Assembly: GCA_014905635.1 (NCBI GenBank)
Contig: JABVCE010000016.1
Span: forward strand, 620,001-684,000
DNA: 64,000 nt
Origin: Scenedesmus sp. PABB004
Lineage: Eukaryota
Direction of reading: 5' to 3'
Shown here: positions 44,434 to 55,300 of the stretch, piece by piece
How the letters are laid out: each line of letters starts with the position of its first letter
Position numbering within the stretch: the stretch's first letter is position 1
The notes under the pieces: model-generated
The model's input: only the letters and a program-made list of their open reading frames with translations
What the model was told of the DNA's origin: nothing
The model's database searches: none
Program-made: the position numbers and the translations under genes

Positions 44434-45707
44434 GAGCTAGCAGCGCGGCGGCGCGAGCAGCGCGGCCGGCGCGAGCAGCGCGGCTCTGGCGCGCACGTGA
44501 CGGCGATGCTCTTGGGGTTGGGGCTCGCCTCGGCGCCGAAGACCGCGTCGACGCGCGCGTCCTGCGCGCCCGCCGCGGCGCGCCACGCCGCCACGGCCGC
44601 GCCGTGCTCCGCGTCGTTGTCGGGGCTCGCGTCGTAGTCGGCCGGCGCCGAGGCGGGCACCGCCTCCGCGCCGCACGCTGCGACGCGGCGCGGGCGCGGG
44701 CGTGGCGGCGGGGCGGGCCGGGCGCGTCGGGCGCCGCGCGGGGTGCGCGCCGCGCGCACGCACGACGGGGCGGGGGCCGCCGCGCGCCGCGCACCGTGGA
44801 TGGCCTGCAGGCAGGGGTTGAAGCTGTACTGGCTCGCCGCCGCCACGCGGTCGACCAGGCCGAGCTCCGCCTGCGGCATCGGGTCGCGGGCCGGACGCGT
44901 CGCCGCGCCGGCTCGCCGGCCCACCGGCTGCGCTGCGCGCGCGGGCGCCGGCGGCTGCGCGGCGGGCGCCGCGTGGGCGCGGCGGGGGCGTGGCGCGCGC
45001 GCACCAGGAAGCCGGCGGCGTTGGAGTCTGTGACCGCGACGGAGACGAGGGGAATCTCAAACACCTTGGCGCCCGGGGGCAGGCCCTCCGTCGCCTCCAC
45101 GCGCACGGGGTTGGGCGTGCCGCACTGGTACAGCACGTACGTCTCGTTGACGCGCTTGTTGGTCACCACCTGCGCGCGGCGCGCACGCGGCGCCGGCGGC
45201 TCGGCGGCGGCAGCAGCGGCGGCGGGAGCGGCGGCGCCGCCGCCCCCCGCGCGCGCGGCTGCCCCGGCGCCGTGCGCTCTCGCTGGGCCTGGCCGGGGAC
45301 CCGGGCGCGCCAATGGGACCGGCCCCTGGGCGGCGCACCTTGTAGGTGCCGTGGTACGCGACCGCAAAGTCCTGGGCAAAGTCCACCTGCGCGCCGGGAG
45401 CGCCCGCGGCGCTCAGGGGGCCGTGCGGCGGGCGCGTGGCGCACTTCTGAGAGCACGGCGCCCATATCAGGCGGCGGCGGCCCGCCTCGTGCCGGGCTCG
45501 CACCGCGGTGGCGAAGCCCGACTGCGATGGCGAGGCCCCGGCCGGCCTGATGGAGCGCAGCTGGTAGGCCTTGGGGAACAGATTGTGCGCCGCGAGCGTG
45601 GACAGCGCCGGCGACAGGCAGTCGCCGGCGGGGCGCTCCAGCAGCAGCGCGGCGGCGCCCCCGGCGGCCAGCAGCAGCAGCAGCGACGCGGCGGCGGCGC
45701 GCGCCAT
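42878..45707 (-). CDS. CBA1: CBA1-like cobalamin acquisition protein (periplasmic-binding-protein fold), with signal peptide and C-terminal hydrophobic anchor
   Basis: FAVAYHGTYK|VVTN..NETYVLYQCGTP, FL|AELGL, LNRAEWVKYVALFFNKE.EA..LF and DWFEGSVARPDL|VLADF are motifs I recognise from algal CBA1-family proteins. A Cys-rich linker and ALLAGLAGAGLAALAL* tail follow. Orthology is untested. Confidence 0.8.
43987..44068. repeat. Pentamer tandem repeat (GCTCA/GCTCG)n at the 5' end of a CBA1 intron
   Basis: gctcggctgcgctcggctcagcccggctgcgctcagctcggctcggctgcgctcagctcagctcagctcagctcggctcac. Confidence 0.85.
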
Positions 45708-45948
45708 GGCTGCCACGCGGCTGGTGTTGTTGATGGGGTGGACGAGAAGGGACGGGCGAGCGCCGGTGGCGGGGCAGGTGCGCGCGCTGCGAGCGCCGGC
45801 GGCCGCAGGGCAACAGGGCACGGGCGGTGCCGCTGCGCCCCGACCCCGCAGCGCCCCGACCCCGCGCCCCGCCCGCGCCGCGCGCCCGCGCGCTGGCACG
45901 CCGCCGACGGCGCCGCTCGCTCCGCCGGCACCACCAGTGCCGCGTGGC

Positions 45949-46411
45949 GCATCGAGCACCGCGTGGCGCTGGGCGGGCGCGCACGCTGCGCAGGAGCGGC
46001 GGCTGGCGTTCGGTCAAAAAACACATCGCGCTGCGGTTGGCAGGGATTGCCTTGCGCGCGGTGGTCACCGCGGCGGCGCGGGGCGCGGCACGTCAACACA
46101 ACCGCACGAGCCTGCAGGGCGAGGTTGCGCCACCCGCGCGCCGCCTCCCGCGCCCGCCACAGCCGCCGGCCGGTCAGCGCAGCGACACGCAGCGAACGCG
46201 CCCGCCTCGCCCCGCCTGCCCCGCCCCGTTAGGGCGCGCCGCCGCCGTACTTTGCGACGTAGCCGTCCACGAGCGCCCGGATCTTGAGCCACCGCGGCTC
46301 GTTGAGGTACGCCGCCGCGCCCTCGGCGCCCTCGCCCGGCGCGTCGGGCGCGCCCGGCGGCGGCAGCCCCTGCTAGGCACCTTGTCAGTGGCCCTCTTGC
46401 CGCCGCCTCAA
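45949..46411 (-). pseudogene. Direct duplicate of 31504-31966: last exon of the RS/SRI gene plus about 280 bp downstream sequence
   Basis: Near-identical run (…gcgttcggtcaaaaaacacatcgcgctgcggttggca…gtactttgcgacgtagccgtccacgagcgcccggatcttgagcc…). The copy has R>W, TGA>TAA and a scrambled end beyond about 46370. Confidence 0.93.
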
Positions 46412-47038
46412 GTCGTGTTGAGCCCCGCTTGGCCAGCGCGGGCCGGCGCGGGCAGCTCGCTGGCTCGCCGCCGAAACATGCCACGCGCCAACTGAGCGCC
46501 GCGGCTCGCACGGGAGGCCGCGCACACGGCAGACCCCCGGGGGGCGCGGTGGACGCGGGCGGGACCAGAGCCTCTGCTTCGGCTGCGGCCCCCGCCTCCT
46601 GCGCCCCCTGTCGGCGCGCGCGCGCCGCTTGCCGGTACGCACGTTAGCCCGGCGCCCGCTTACGCCGCCGCCGCTCGCGAGCCCGCCGCCGCCCGCAGCC
46701 ACGCTCTGCAAGCTTGGGGAGAGCTGCGACCGATGGTGAGGGGTCCGCGCGGCTTTCTTGTGGCAGGGTTTCGCCGCGGTGCGTCAGCTGTGGGACAGTG
46801 CCCGGCGGCCCACCGTCCCACTGGGCTGCTTTGGGCTGCTTTGGGCTGCGTGCTCCCTACAAAGCCGCACACGCCGCCAATTCGCCTTCACCCTGACAAC
46901 GCGCCCACCGCGCGAGCTCCAGCCCCGCCCCACACCCTGGCCAGCCGTCCCCATCACCAAGCCCTCGCGGCGCGCCGGCCGTGCCTACAGGCTCATCGCG
47001 CCGGGCCCGAAATTCCGCCTCCCACCAGCTTCAAGAAC

Positions 47039-48645
47039 ATGGTGAGGCGGTGCAGCGGCCGCGCGGGCGCGCCGTCGCCGCGGTTCGCCCGGTCGCCGGC
47101 GGGTCAGCGCCCGAGGGCCGCCAGGCCGCGCAGTGCCACGCTGCGGCTGCGGTTCATGCCTGATTGCGCTATTCATGTCAAGATAGACGCACAGCCGGGC
47201 GCGCGCCGGCCCGCGCCGGCGGGACGGCGCCGGCCATTGCGGGAAGAGATCCGCTGCGGCGCGCGCCTCGCTACGTCGCCCTCTGACGCGCCGCCCCACC
47301 CACAGGCGTCTCCCACGAAGTCCCGTCCCATCGCGCTCCCGTTGATGGCGCTGGCCCTGGTCCTGGCCCTCGCCTGGGCGGCGCAGGTCGCTGGCGCGCG
47401 CGTGCTCTCCGGCGAGCCGGCGCCGGCGCCCGGGACGCGCAGGGCGGCGGCGTACGCCGGCGCGGTCGAGGGTGTTGTGGATGAGCTGCCCGAGGGCGCG
47501 CGCGTCGTCGCCTCGGCGCGCCACGGCAAGGCCAAGGGCGCGGGCCGCCACAACGGCACGCACCCGCACCACGGCCCGCACGCGCCCAACGGCACCGCCC
47601 ACGGTGGCAAGGGCCACGGCAAGGGCCATGGCAAGGGCAAGGGCGGCAAGCGCGCCGCGGGCGCGGCCGCCAAGCCCGCGTTTGACGGCGAGCCCGAGTG
47701 AGCCCCGCGGGCGCGCGCGCGCGCGCTGGCTCTGGCTCTGGCGGCGCGCGGCATGCCTCAGGCCTCAAGGCTGACCGACTGAGCGCCTCGCGCCCGCGCG
47801 CGCAGGGTCACGTGGGTGCCCTTCAGCAGCCGCTCCTTCGAGGACTGCTTTGAGACCTGCCAGGACCAGGGCTATGAGTGGCTGCCGATCGGCGGCGGCA
47901 CCACCGACGACTACGGCACCACCACGTACGACGAGTCCGCGTGCCTCGTCAGGCAGGGCGCCAAGACGTTCATCGGTGCGCGGACCGCCAGGCGCCGCAG
48001 GGCGGGTCGCGGTGCCGGCGGCACCCCCCGGCGGCGCGCGCCCGCGAGCGCCCGCCCCGCCCCGCCCCGCCCCGCCCCGCGCACGCGCGGCGCTGGGCGC
48101 AGGCCAGGCGACGCCCAGCAGCGCCAGCGGCAAGTACACGTGCTACTTCAACAACGGCGCGAAGAACCTGTTCACGAACAAGAACTTCCTGTGCGGCTGC
48201 AGCAGCGGCTGCAGCGACGCCGCCGACTACCCAGTCTATGACTACGACCTCAGCGACTACCCCGACTACGGAGCCACCGCCAGCTGCGAGGTGGGCGCGA
48301 ACGCCAGGCCCCGCGCGCGCGCGCACGCCCCGCCGGCGCCCCCGGCGGCCGCGCCCGGGCGGGCGGGCGGCCGTGCGTACCGGCCCAGCCCGGCGCCCGT
48401 TCGGCCCACTCTCCGCGCCGCCTGCGCCCGCGCGCCGCCGCGACCTGCAGGAGGAGACGTTCTGGGGCGTCAGCGGCTGCAGCAGGAACTGCAAAACCGG
48501 CTGCGTCTGCCGCGTCTTTGACGAGGAGTACGGGTCGTACGCGATCGGCTACACCTCCTCCCGCGCCGACCGGCGCGGCCTCATCTGCCGCACCGCGATC
48601 GGGGCCATCGAGGCCGACGACTATATGACGTTCTGCATGCCCTGA
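47039..48645 (+). CDS. Secreted protein: signal peptide, His/Gly/Lys-rich segment and Cys-rich two-repeat domain
   Basis: ATG-only first coding exon (47039-47041, GTGAGG donor). Exon 47306-47698 encodes ASPTKSRPIALPLMALALVLALAWAAQVAG…HNGTHPHHGPHAPNGTAHGGKGHGKGHGKG. It splices to three Cys/Tyr/Asp-rich exons ending TFCMP*. Confidence 0.75.
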
Positions 48646-49380
48646 GCAGGGCCGTCATGGCGGCGACGGCCGCGCCGACCGCGCGCGCGACCGCGCGCCG
48701 GCGGCCGGGCTCGGGGCCCCCGCCTGGGGAGCGCTGCGCGTTTCATTGAACAATTTCAGCTCAAAATCTCTTCAGCGACTTTCAAACCGCGCCGCCCACA
48801 TCTCTTGCATTGGCGGCGGCATCAGTGCGGTGCGGGAGGCTCCCCGCGTGTGGCCAAGAGGCGCGCGTGCGCAAGCACAACAAGTGAGTCAGAGGCATGC
48901 AGGCCTAGTGGTGGTGATCATGAACAGGAGCTGAACATATCCATCAACAGTACACCGAACTCAGGCAGGAGTTGAATCCGAGAGGGCGTGTCTCGTCAAC
49001 CACACCAACGCGTGTTGCTGCCTGCCTGCCTGCCCGGCTGTGGCGGCACGGCGGCTGGTTGGCGGTGCTCGCGACGGGAGAGAAGCGCGTGCGCGTGTCT
49101 CCACCAAATGCTCAGCCCGCCGCAGCGACCGCTGCGAGTCGTGGGGCGCTGTTCGCGCGTGCGCGGTCGGCGCCGCCACGGCTCGGGGCTGACGGCCGTG
49201 CGGCCTGGCCCGGCGCTGCGGGCGGGCGGGGGTGGTTTCCAGCGGTTTTCCAGCCCCCTTTAAACAAACAACCGAGACGACCGAGCTCCGTCGCCCACCC
49301 GCCGCCCGCTCTGCGCCCTGCAGTGCGCTGCCGCCAGCACGACCCCGCCCGTCCCCGCCAGCCTGCCGATCACCAACCCG

Positions 49381-52300
49381 CTACACCTCAAGCCCCGCCA
49401 GCAGCCCGCCCGCGCCCCCGCTCGCGCCCTTGGCCTTGGTCGGCGAGCGCGCCGGAGACGGGCGGCTGGGGCTGCTGGACGCATCGCTGCCGCAGCCCGG
49501 CGCGGGCCACTGGTCCAGCAGCCGCGCGCCGCCGAGGCGCGCCGCCGCGGCCGCCGCGCCGCCGCGCGCCGCGCCCCTGCGCGGCGAGGTGTCCTCGCCG
49601 CCGCCGAGGCTGCCCAGGTCGCTGCTGGGCGCCTTGGAGAAGCCGTCGTCGGGCCGACCGCTGCGGTTGTGGTCGCTCTGCACCGACAGGCTCAGCGCCG
49701 CGCCGCGCGGCAGCGCCGCCAGCGCCGCCTCGCGCGCCGCCGCCGCGCGCGCCGCCGTGACGAGGCCGGCGTTGGCCGCCACGCCCGGCCCCGGCGGCAC
49801 CCGGCCGGCCGCCGCCCCCGCCGCCCCGCCGCCGCCGAGCGCGGCGGGCAGGAGCAGCGGCCGCGGCCGCGGCATGGGCAGCGCGGCGTGGCTCTGGATC
49901 GGCTGCTCGCACGGCGCCAGCCCCGCCCACGGCCGGGCGGCGGGGCCGAACGCGAGGCGCTGCGGCCGCACCGGCACCGCCACGACCGCCGGCTCCGGCG
50001 GCGGCAGCCCCGCCGTGCTGCTGGGCAGGCTGCGCCACTCGCTGCCGCAGACCGACGCCGCGCCGCCGCCGCTCGCGCAGGGCGGCGCCGCCGCGCAGCC
50101 GGGCGCGCTGGGCCGCGCGTCGCGCGCGGCGGCGCCCGCCGCGAGCGCGACGTGGTCCACCGCGTAGCCCCGCACCACCACGCGCTGGCGCCGCGCGCGC
50201 GGCGGCGGCGCAAAGCGCGCGGCGAGGCAGCCGCCGTCGCGCGCGACGCGCTCCGCCTGCCGGGCGGCCGCGGCGAGGCGCCGCAGCAGCGCACCCTGCG
50301 CCGCCGCGGCCGCGGCCGCGGCCGCGGCCTCCTCCGCCTCCTCCTCCTGCCGCCGCCGGCTGCGCGGCTTGGGCGGCGCGACGCCGCCCGCGGCCGCGGG
50401 CGCGATGCCGCCGGGGCCGGCGGCTGCGGGGCGGCCGCCAGCGCCGCCGACGCCGCCGCCGCGGCCTCTGGCGCAGCGCCGGGCCCGCCGCTGCTCGCCT
50501 TGACAGCGTCATACTCCACCCAGTGCGCGATGCGGCTGCTGGCGTCGAGCAGCGCGTGCCGCCGCGCCTGGCCGCTCAGCGCGAGCAGCACCGCGCTCGC
50601 GAGCAGCGGGCCGTCGCCGTAGGCGCCGCCCGCGATGCGGCCGCTGCCCGCGGCCGGCGGCTGCGGCGCCGCGCCCGCCGCGAGCCGCGCCCGCAGCGGC
50701 GACGCCGACCGCGAGCCGGCCGGGCCCTGGCCGACGCTCGCGCTGCTCGCCTCCGCCGCCAGGCCGCCCGTGCGCACGGGCTGCTCGCCCGCCGCGGCCG
50801 CGGCGTCGCCGCCGGCGGCGCCCGCCACCGCCTTGGCCAGGCGCCGCAGCGGCGAGCTCTGCGGGGTGGCCGCCGCGCTGCCGGCCGGCGCGGCTGCGTG
50901 CGGCGCGGCCGGCTCGGCCGTGCCGGCGCCGGGTGCCGCGGCCGGCGCCTGCGCGGAGGCCACCTCGAGCAGCAGCGCAAACTTGAGCGCCGACAGTACC
51001 ACCGCGAGCTGCGACGCGCGCTCGCCGCCCCAGCCGGCGCGGCGCTCGACGGCCGGCAGCTTGAGCTTGCGCGTCGTGGGGCAGCCCGGCCCGGCGCCGC
51101 TGCCGTCGTCCGCGCCGTCCTCGCTGCTGCCGCTGCTGTCGTCGTCACTGCCGGTGCCACTGGCGGGCGCCGGCGCGGGCGAGCGCAGCTGCGCGTGCAC
51201 CGAAACCTGCGCGCGCGAGCGGGCGGCGCGTGAGCTCCATGCAGTCGCCGCTGCCGCACGCGCACACCCACGCGCCCGCAGTGCGTGCAGCGCCGCCACG
51301 CGCGCACCTTCGAGACCTCGCCCTTGACCTCGGACGGCGAGGGCTCCGCCGACGCCTGCGGCGACTGGCCCAGCAGCACCGCCGGCGGGCCGCCGCGCTG
51401 GCTGTTGGGCGCCGCCGCTTCGGTCGGCTCGGCCGCCGCCGCGGGCTGCTCCGCCGCCACGCCGCGCGCGCCGCGCGCCGTGGGCGGGCCCGCGGCGAGG
51501 CTGGCGCGGCTGGAGAGCGTGCCCTCGGGGTTGGGCCCGCCCTCCGAGGGCCGTGGCGAGAACAGGTTCCTGCGTGAGCGCGCGCGGCAGCCACACCATC
51601 AGTTGGCGCGGTGGCGGTGCGCCGCTCGCAGCCCCCCCCCCCGCCCCCTGCTCGCCTCGCCCCGCGCGCGCGCCGCACCCGCTCAGCAGCGCGAGCGAGG
51701 TGTCGCGGTTCTGCAGCTGGTTGCGCAGCACCTCCAGCTCGCTGCGCAGCGCGTCGTTCTCGTCCTTCACGCGCACCAGCTCCACGCAGGTCGAGTCAAA
51801 GAGCAGGTCGTTCACGCTCGGCGCCGGGTAGCCGCCCGCCGCCTCGCCAGCCCCCGCCGCCGCGGCCGGCTCGGCGGGCTCCGCGCCGCCGCCGGAGGAC
51901 ACCTGCCCCAGGCGGCTCGCCGGCTGGTGCCGGCGCGCGGGGCTGACGCAGGGGCTGCTGCGCCCGCTGCGCCGCCCCTCCGCGGCGTCGGAGTCCGGCT
52001 CGCTCGCCGCGTCGCCGCTGTCGCTGCCGCCGCCAGGCGCGGCGCCCGGCTTGCTGTGCTGCGGGCTGCGCGGGCTGCTGGCCGCCGAGCCCGCCGCCTT
52101 GGCCCGCGTGTCCGCCGCGTCGCCCGAGAGCGCGAGCGCGGGCACGAGCGCGCTCAGGCCGCCGCGGTGCGAGCCCGGCGGCGCGCCGCCGGTGGTGTCG
52201 CTGCGCGCCGAGGAAATGGCGTCCGAGACCTCGCCCACCAGCTCGGCCAGGCCGTAGCGCGCGCTGCCGCCGGCGCTGCCGCCGCCGCCTCCGCCCGACT

Positions 52301-55300
52301 CGGGCGGCCCGTCCGGCGGCGCGCCGCCGTCGAGCAGCGCCCGATACGCCAGCTTCGCGTGCGCGGGCGCGACGCCGCCAGCGGGCAGCTGCGCCGCCGC
52401 CGCGCCGGCCGCCTCCCACGGGTCACCGCCGCTGCGCGACGCCGCGCCGCCGGCGAGGGGCGAGCTCGGCACCGACGCGGCGGCGATGGAGGCCGCCTCC
52501 GCCACGGCCTGCAGGTCCTGCGAGGTGAGCAGCTCCGGCCGCGTGGCCGCGGCGGCCGCGGCCGGTTCGCGCTCGCCATCGGGCGACGCGGCGAGGCTGT
52601 CCAGCTGCAGCGCCGGCGGCGTCGGCAGCGCGTCGTCGTACGAGACGTGCGGCGCCGCGCCCCGCGGGGCGGTGGCCAGGCGCTCCGGCGTCACGCCCGC
52701 ACGCGGCGGCCCGCTGGCGCCCGCCTCGCCGCGCGGCGCGGGCGCGGGCGCGTCGGCCGCGTCGGCCGCCTCCGCGGCCGCCGCGCCCGGCGACGTGACG
52801 CGGATGGCTGGCAGCTGCCGCGGCGCGCCGTCGCCGGCGCCGCCCGCTCCGCCGCCCGGCTGCAGCGCGTGCCGCTCCTCTCCGCGCTCCGCGGCATGCT
52901 CGCCGGGCGAGCCGCCAGCAAAGAGCCCGTTGTCCCGCACGCCGATGCCCGCCACCTCGGGCGCGGCGCGCACCTCGCCCTGCAGGCTGCACCGCGCGCC
53001 GGCGGCGCCGCCGCCGCCGCTCGCGCTGCCGCTCAGCTGCGCCGCCGCCGCCGCGAGGCCCTCGGCCAGCGCGGCCGGGGCGGGCGCGGGCCGCGCGGCC
53101 GCGGCCGCCACCGCGTCGGCCTCGTCCGCCGCCTCCTCCTCGCTCGCGGCCGCCGCCTCCTCCCCCTCGCCGCGCAGCGCGCGCTGCAGCCCCGTGGCCC
53201 AGCCGCGCACGCGCGCCATGGCGGGCCCCAGGCACTCGCGCGCCTGCGTCGCCTGCCACGCGCGGAGCTCCGCCGTCTCGGTCAGGAGCAGGGCGGGGCC
53301 GCGGACCTTGTCGGCGTCCGGGCCAAGCACGAGGCGCTGGAAGTGCGACGCCGCCCAAGCGCGGTGCCGTGCGAGCTCGCCGCCGGGCTTGGCCAGGCCC
53401 TCGTCCCACTCGTGGCCGGCCGCGAGCGCCGCGTCGCGCGCCTCCTGCTCCTGCACCAGCTCCTTGGCCACCTGGCGGGCGGCGCGTCGGCGGCGCGCGC
53501 GCTGGGCGGCGCGCGCTCGGCGGCGCGCGCTGGCGGCGGCGGACCGGCCCCCAGCCCAAGCAAGACTCCAGCCCAAGTGCGTCGCACCTGCAGATCATGC
53601 AGGCGGCGCTGCCGCTCGCTGGGCACGAGCTGCTCAACCGCCGGCATCAGCAACCCCGGCGCGCAGGGGCGCGCGCCGACCAGGTGCGGCGGCGGCAGCC
53701 CGCCGCCGCCCTCGTAGCACTCGGCCGCCGCCGCCGCGTCGCTGAGCGGGCGGCCGACGACGCCGAGCAGCGGCGCGGCGGCCATGAACGCGGGCGTCGC
53801 CGCGGCGCCCTGCTGCACGCCGGCCAGGCCGAGCAGCGCGAGCGCGTTGCCGATGCGCTGCAGCGCCGCCAGCGCCGCGGCGCAGGCCTCGCCGTCGGAC
53901 AGCGCGCCGGAGAGCTGCTCCGTATAGAACTGAAGCACGCCGCTGGCGGTGTGGCAGCGCTCCGCGGGCGGCAGCTGCAGCAGGCCACGCGGCAGCGCGG
54001 CCTGGAGCTCCAGCAGCTCCTCCAGCAGGACCGCCTGGCGGCGGGCGGGCAGAGGGAGAGGGCGAGCTCGGGGCCGGCCGCCGGCATGGTCTGCCCACGG
54101 CGCGCGCGCGCAGCGGCTTGCCCTCCCTCCTCCACCCTCCCCCTTACCCTCTCCTCCTGCACCCCACACGCACCTGCTCGCACTCGAGCTTGTCCAGCAG
54201 CCCCTCCAGCAGGTGCTGCTGCCCCGCGGGGCCCGCCAGCGCGTCGAGCGCGCCGAGGTGCTGCCTGCCGATAAAGCCGCGCAGCGGGCGCAGCGCGCCC
54301 GACACCTCGGCCAGCACGCCCGGCGGCGCGGCCGCGGCGGCCCACGCGGCCGCCTCGGCGTCGGGCGCCGGCGGCAGCAGCACGCGCGCCTCGCTGTCGT
54401 ACGCCGCGCCGTCGAGCAGCGCGAGCAGGCCCGACACGGTGGCGCGCGCGGTCGCGCTGCCGCAGCCCCCCGCGCCCGGCGGCGCCGCGTCGGCGGCGCC
54501 CCAGAGCTCGTGCCAGCTCTCGGGCAGGGCGGCGTACTGGCAGATGAGCGCGTGCGCGCGCGCCAGGATGGCGCCGTGCGCGGCCGCCTCGACCAGCGCG
54601 CCCGGCGGCAGCGCCCTGCGCAGCGCGGGACGGGCGTGCGCGCGCGCGTGGGCGCAGGGCATGGCGGCGGCGGCGCCCGCGCTGGCGGGGCGCGCGGGGC
54701 GGGCGGCGCGCGCACCTGCAGCGCGCCACGAGCGTTGCGGCGTCCTTGCGCAGCAGGGCGAGCAGCCCCGCGAGCAGCCACTGGCGCAGGTCCACAAGCG
54801 ACGACCCCGCGTCGTCCACCGTCGCCTGCAGCGCCGCCGCCTGCTGCGCGGCCACGAGCTGCTTGGCGAGCTTGAGCTGCTCCAGGCGCTGCATGATCGG
54901 CGTCTGCCCCGCCTCCTCGCCGCCGGGGCCGTCGCCGGGCTCGCCGCCGGCGGCGGCGCGGCGCCGCGCGCGGCCGCGCGCCTCGCGCGCCGCCTTGCGC
55001 GGGCTGCGCCGCGGCGACTTGGCGGAGCTGCCGGCCGCGCCGCGCGCAGCGGGCGAGGCCGCCTGGTCGCCGCCGCCCTCCGCCGCCTCGCCCTCCTCCG
55101 CCGCCGCCGCCGCCGCCTCGGCGGCCGCCTCGGCGGCCTGCTCCGCCAGCAGCGCCTGCTCCGCCGCCTGCAGCGCCTCCAGGGCCTGCTCCAGCTCCTG
55201 CACCGCCGCCGCCTGCCGCGCCGCCGCCGCGGAGGGGCCCGCGACGCCGGCGCCGGCGGGCTCGCCCGCCGGTGCGCCGCCGCCGCCGCCGGCGCTGGGC

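Noticed and set aside
39870..48645. CE4 + thioredoxin + CBA1 + secreted protein as a bacterial operon or HGT island
   Set aside because: The genes have spliceosomal introns, host-like composition and mixed orientation, and Trx-f is a native plastid protein.
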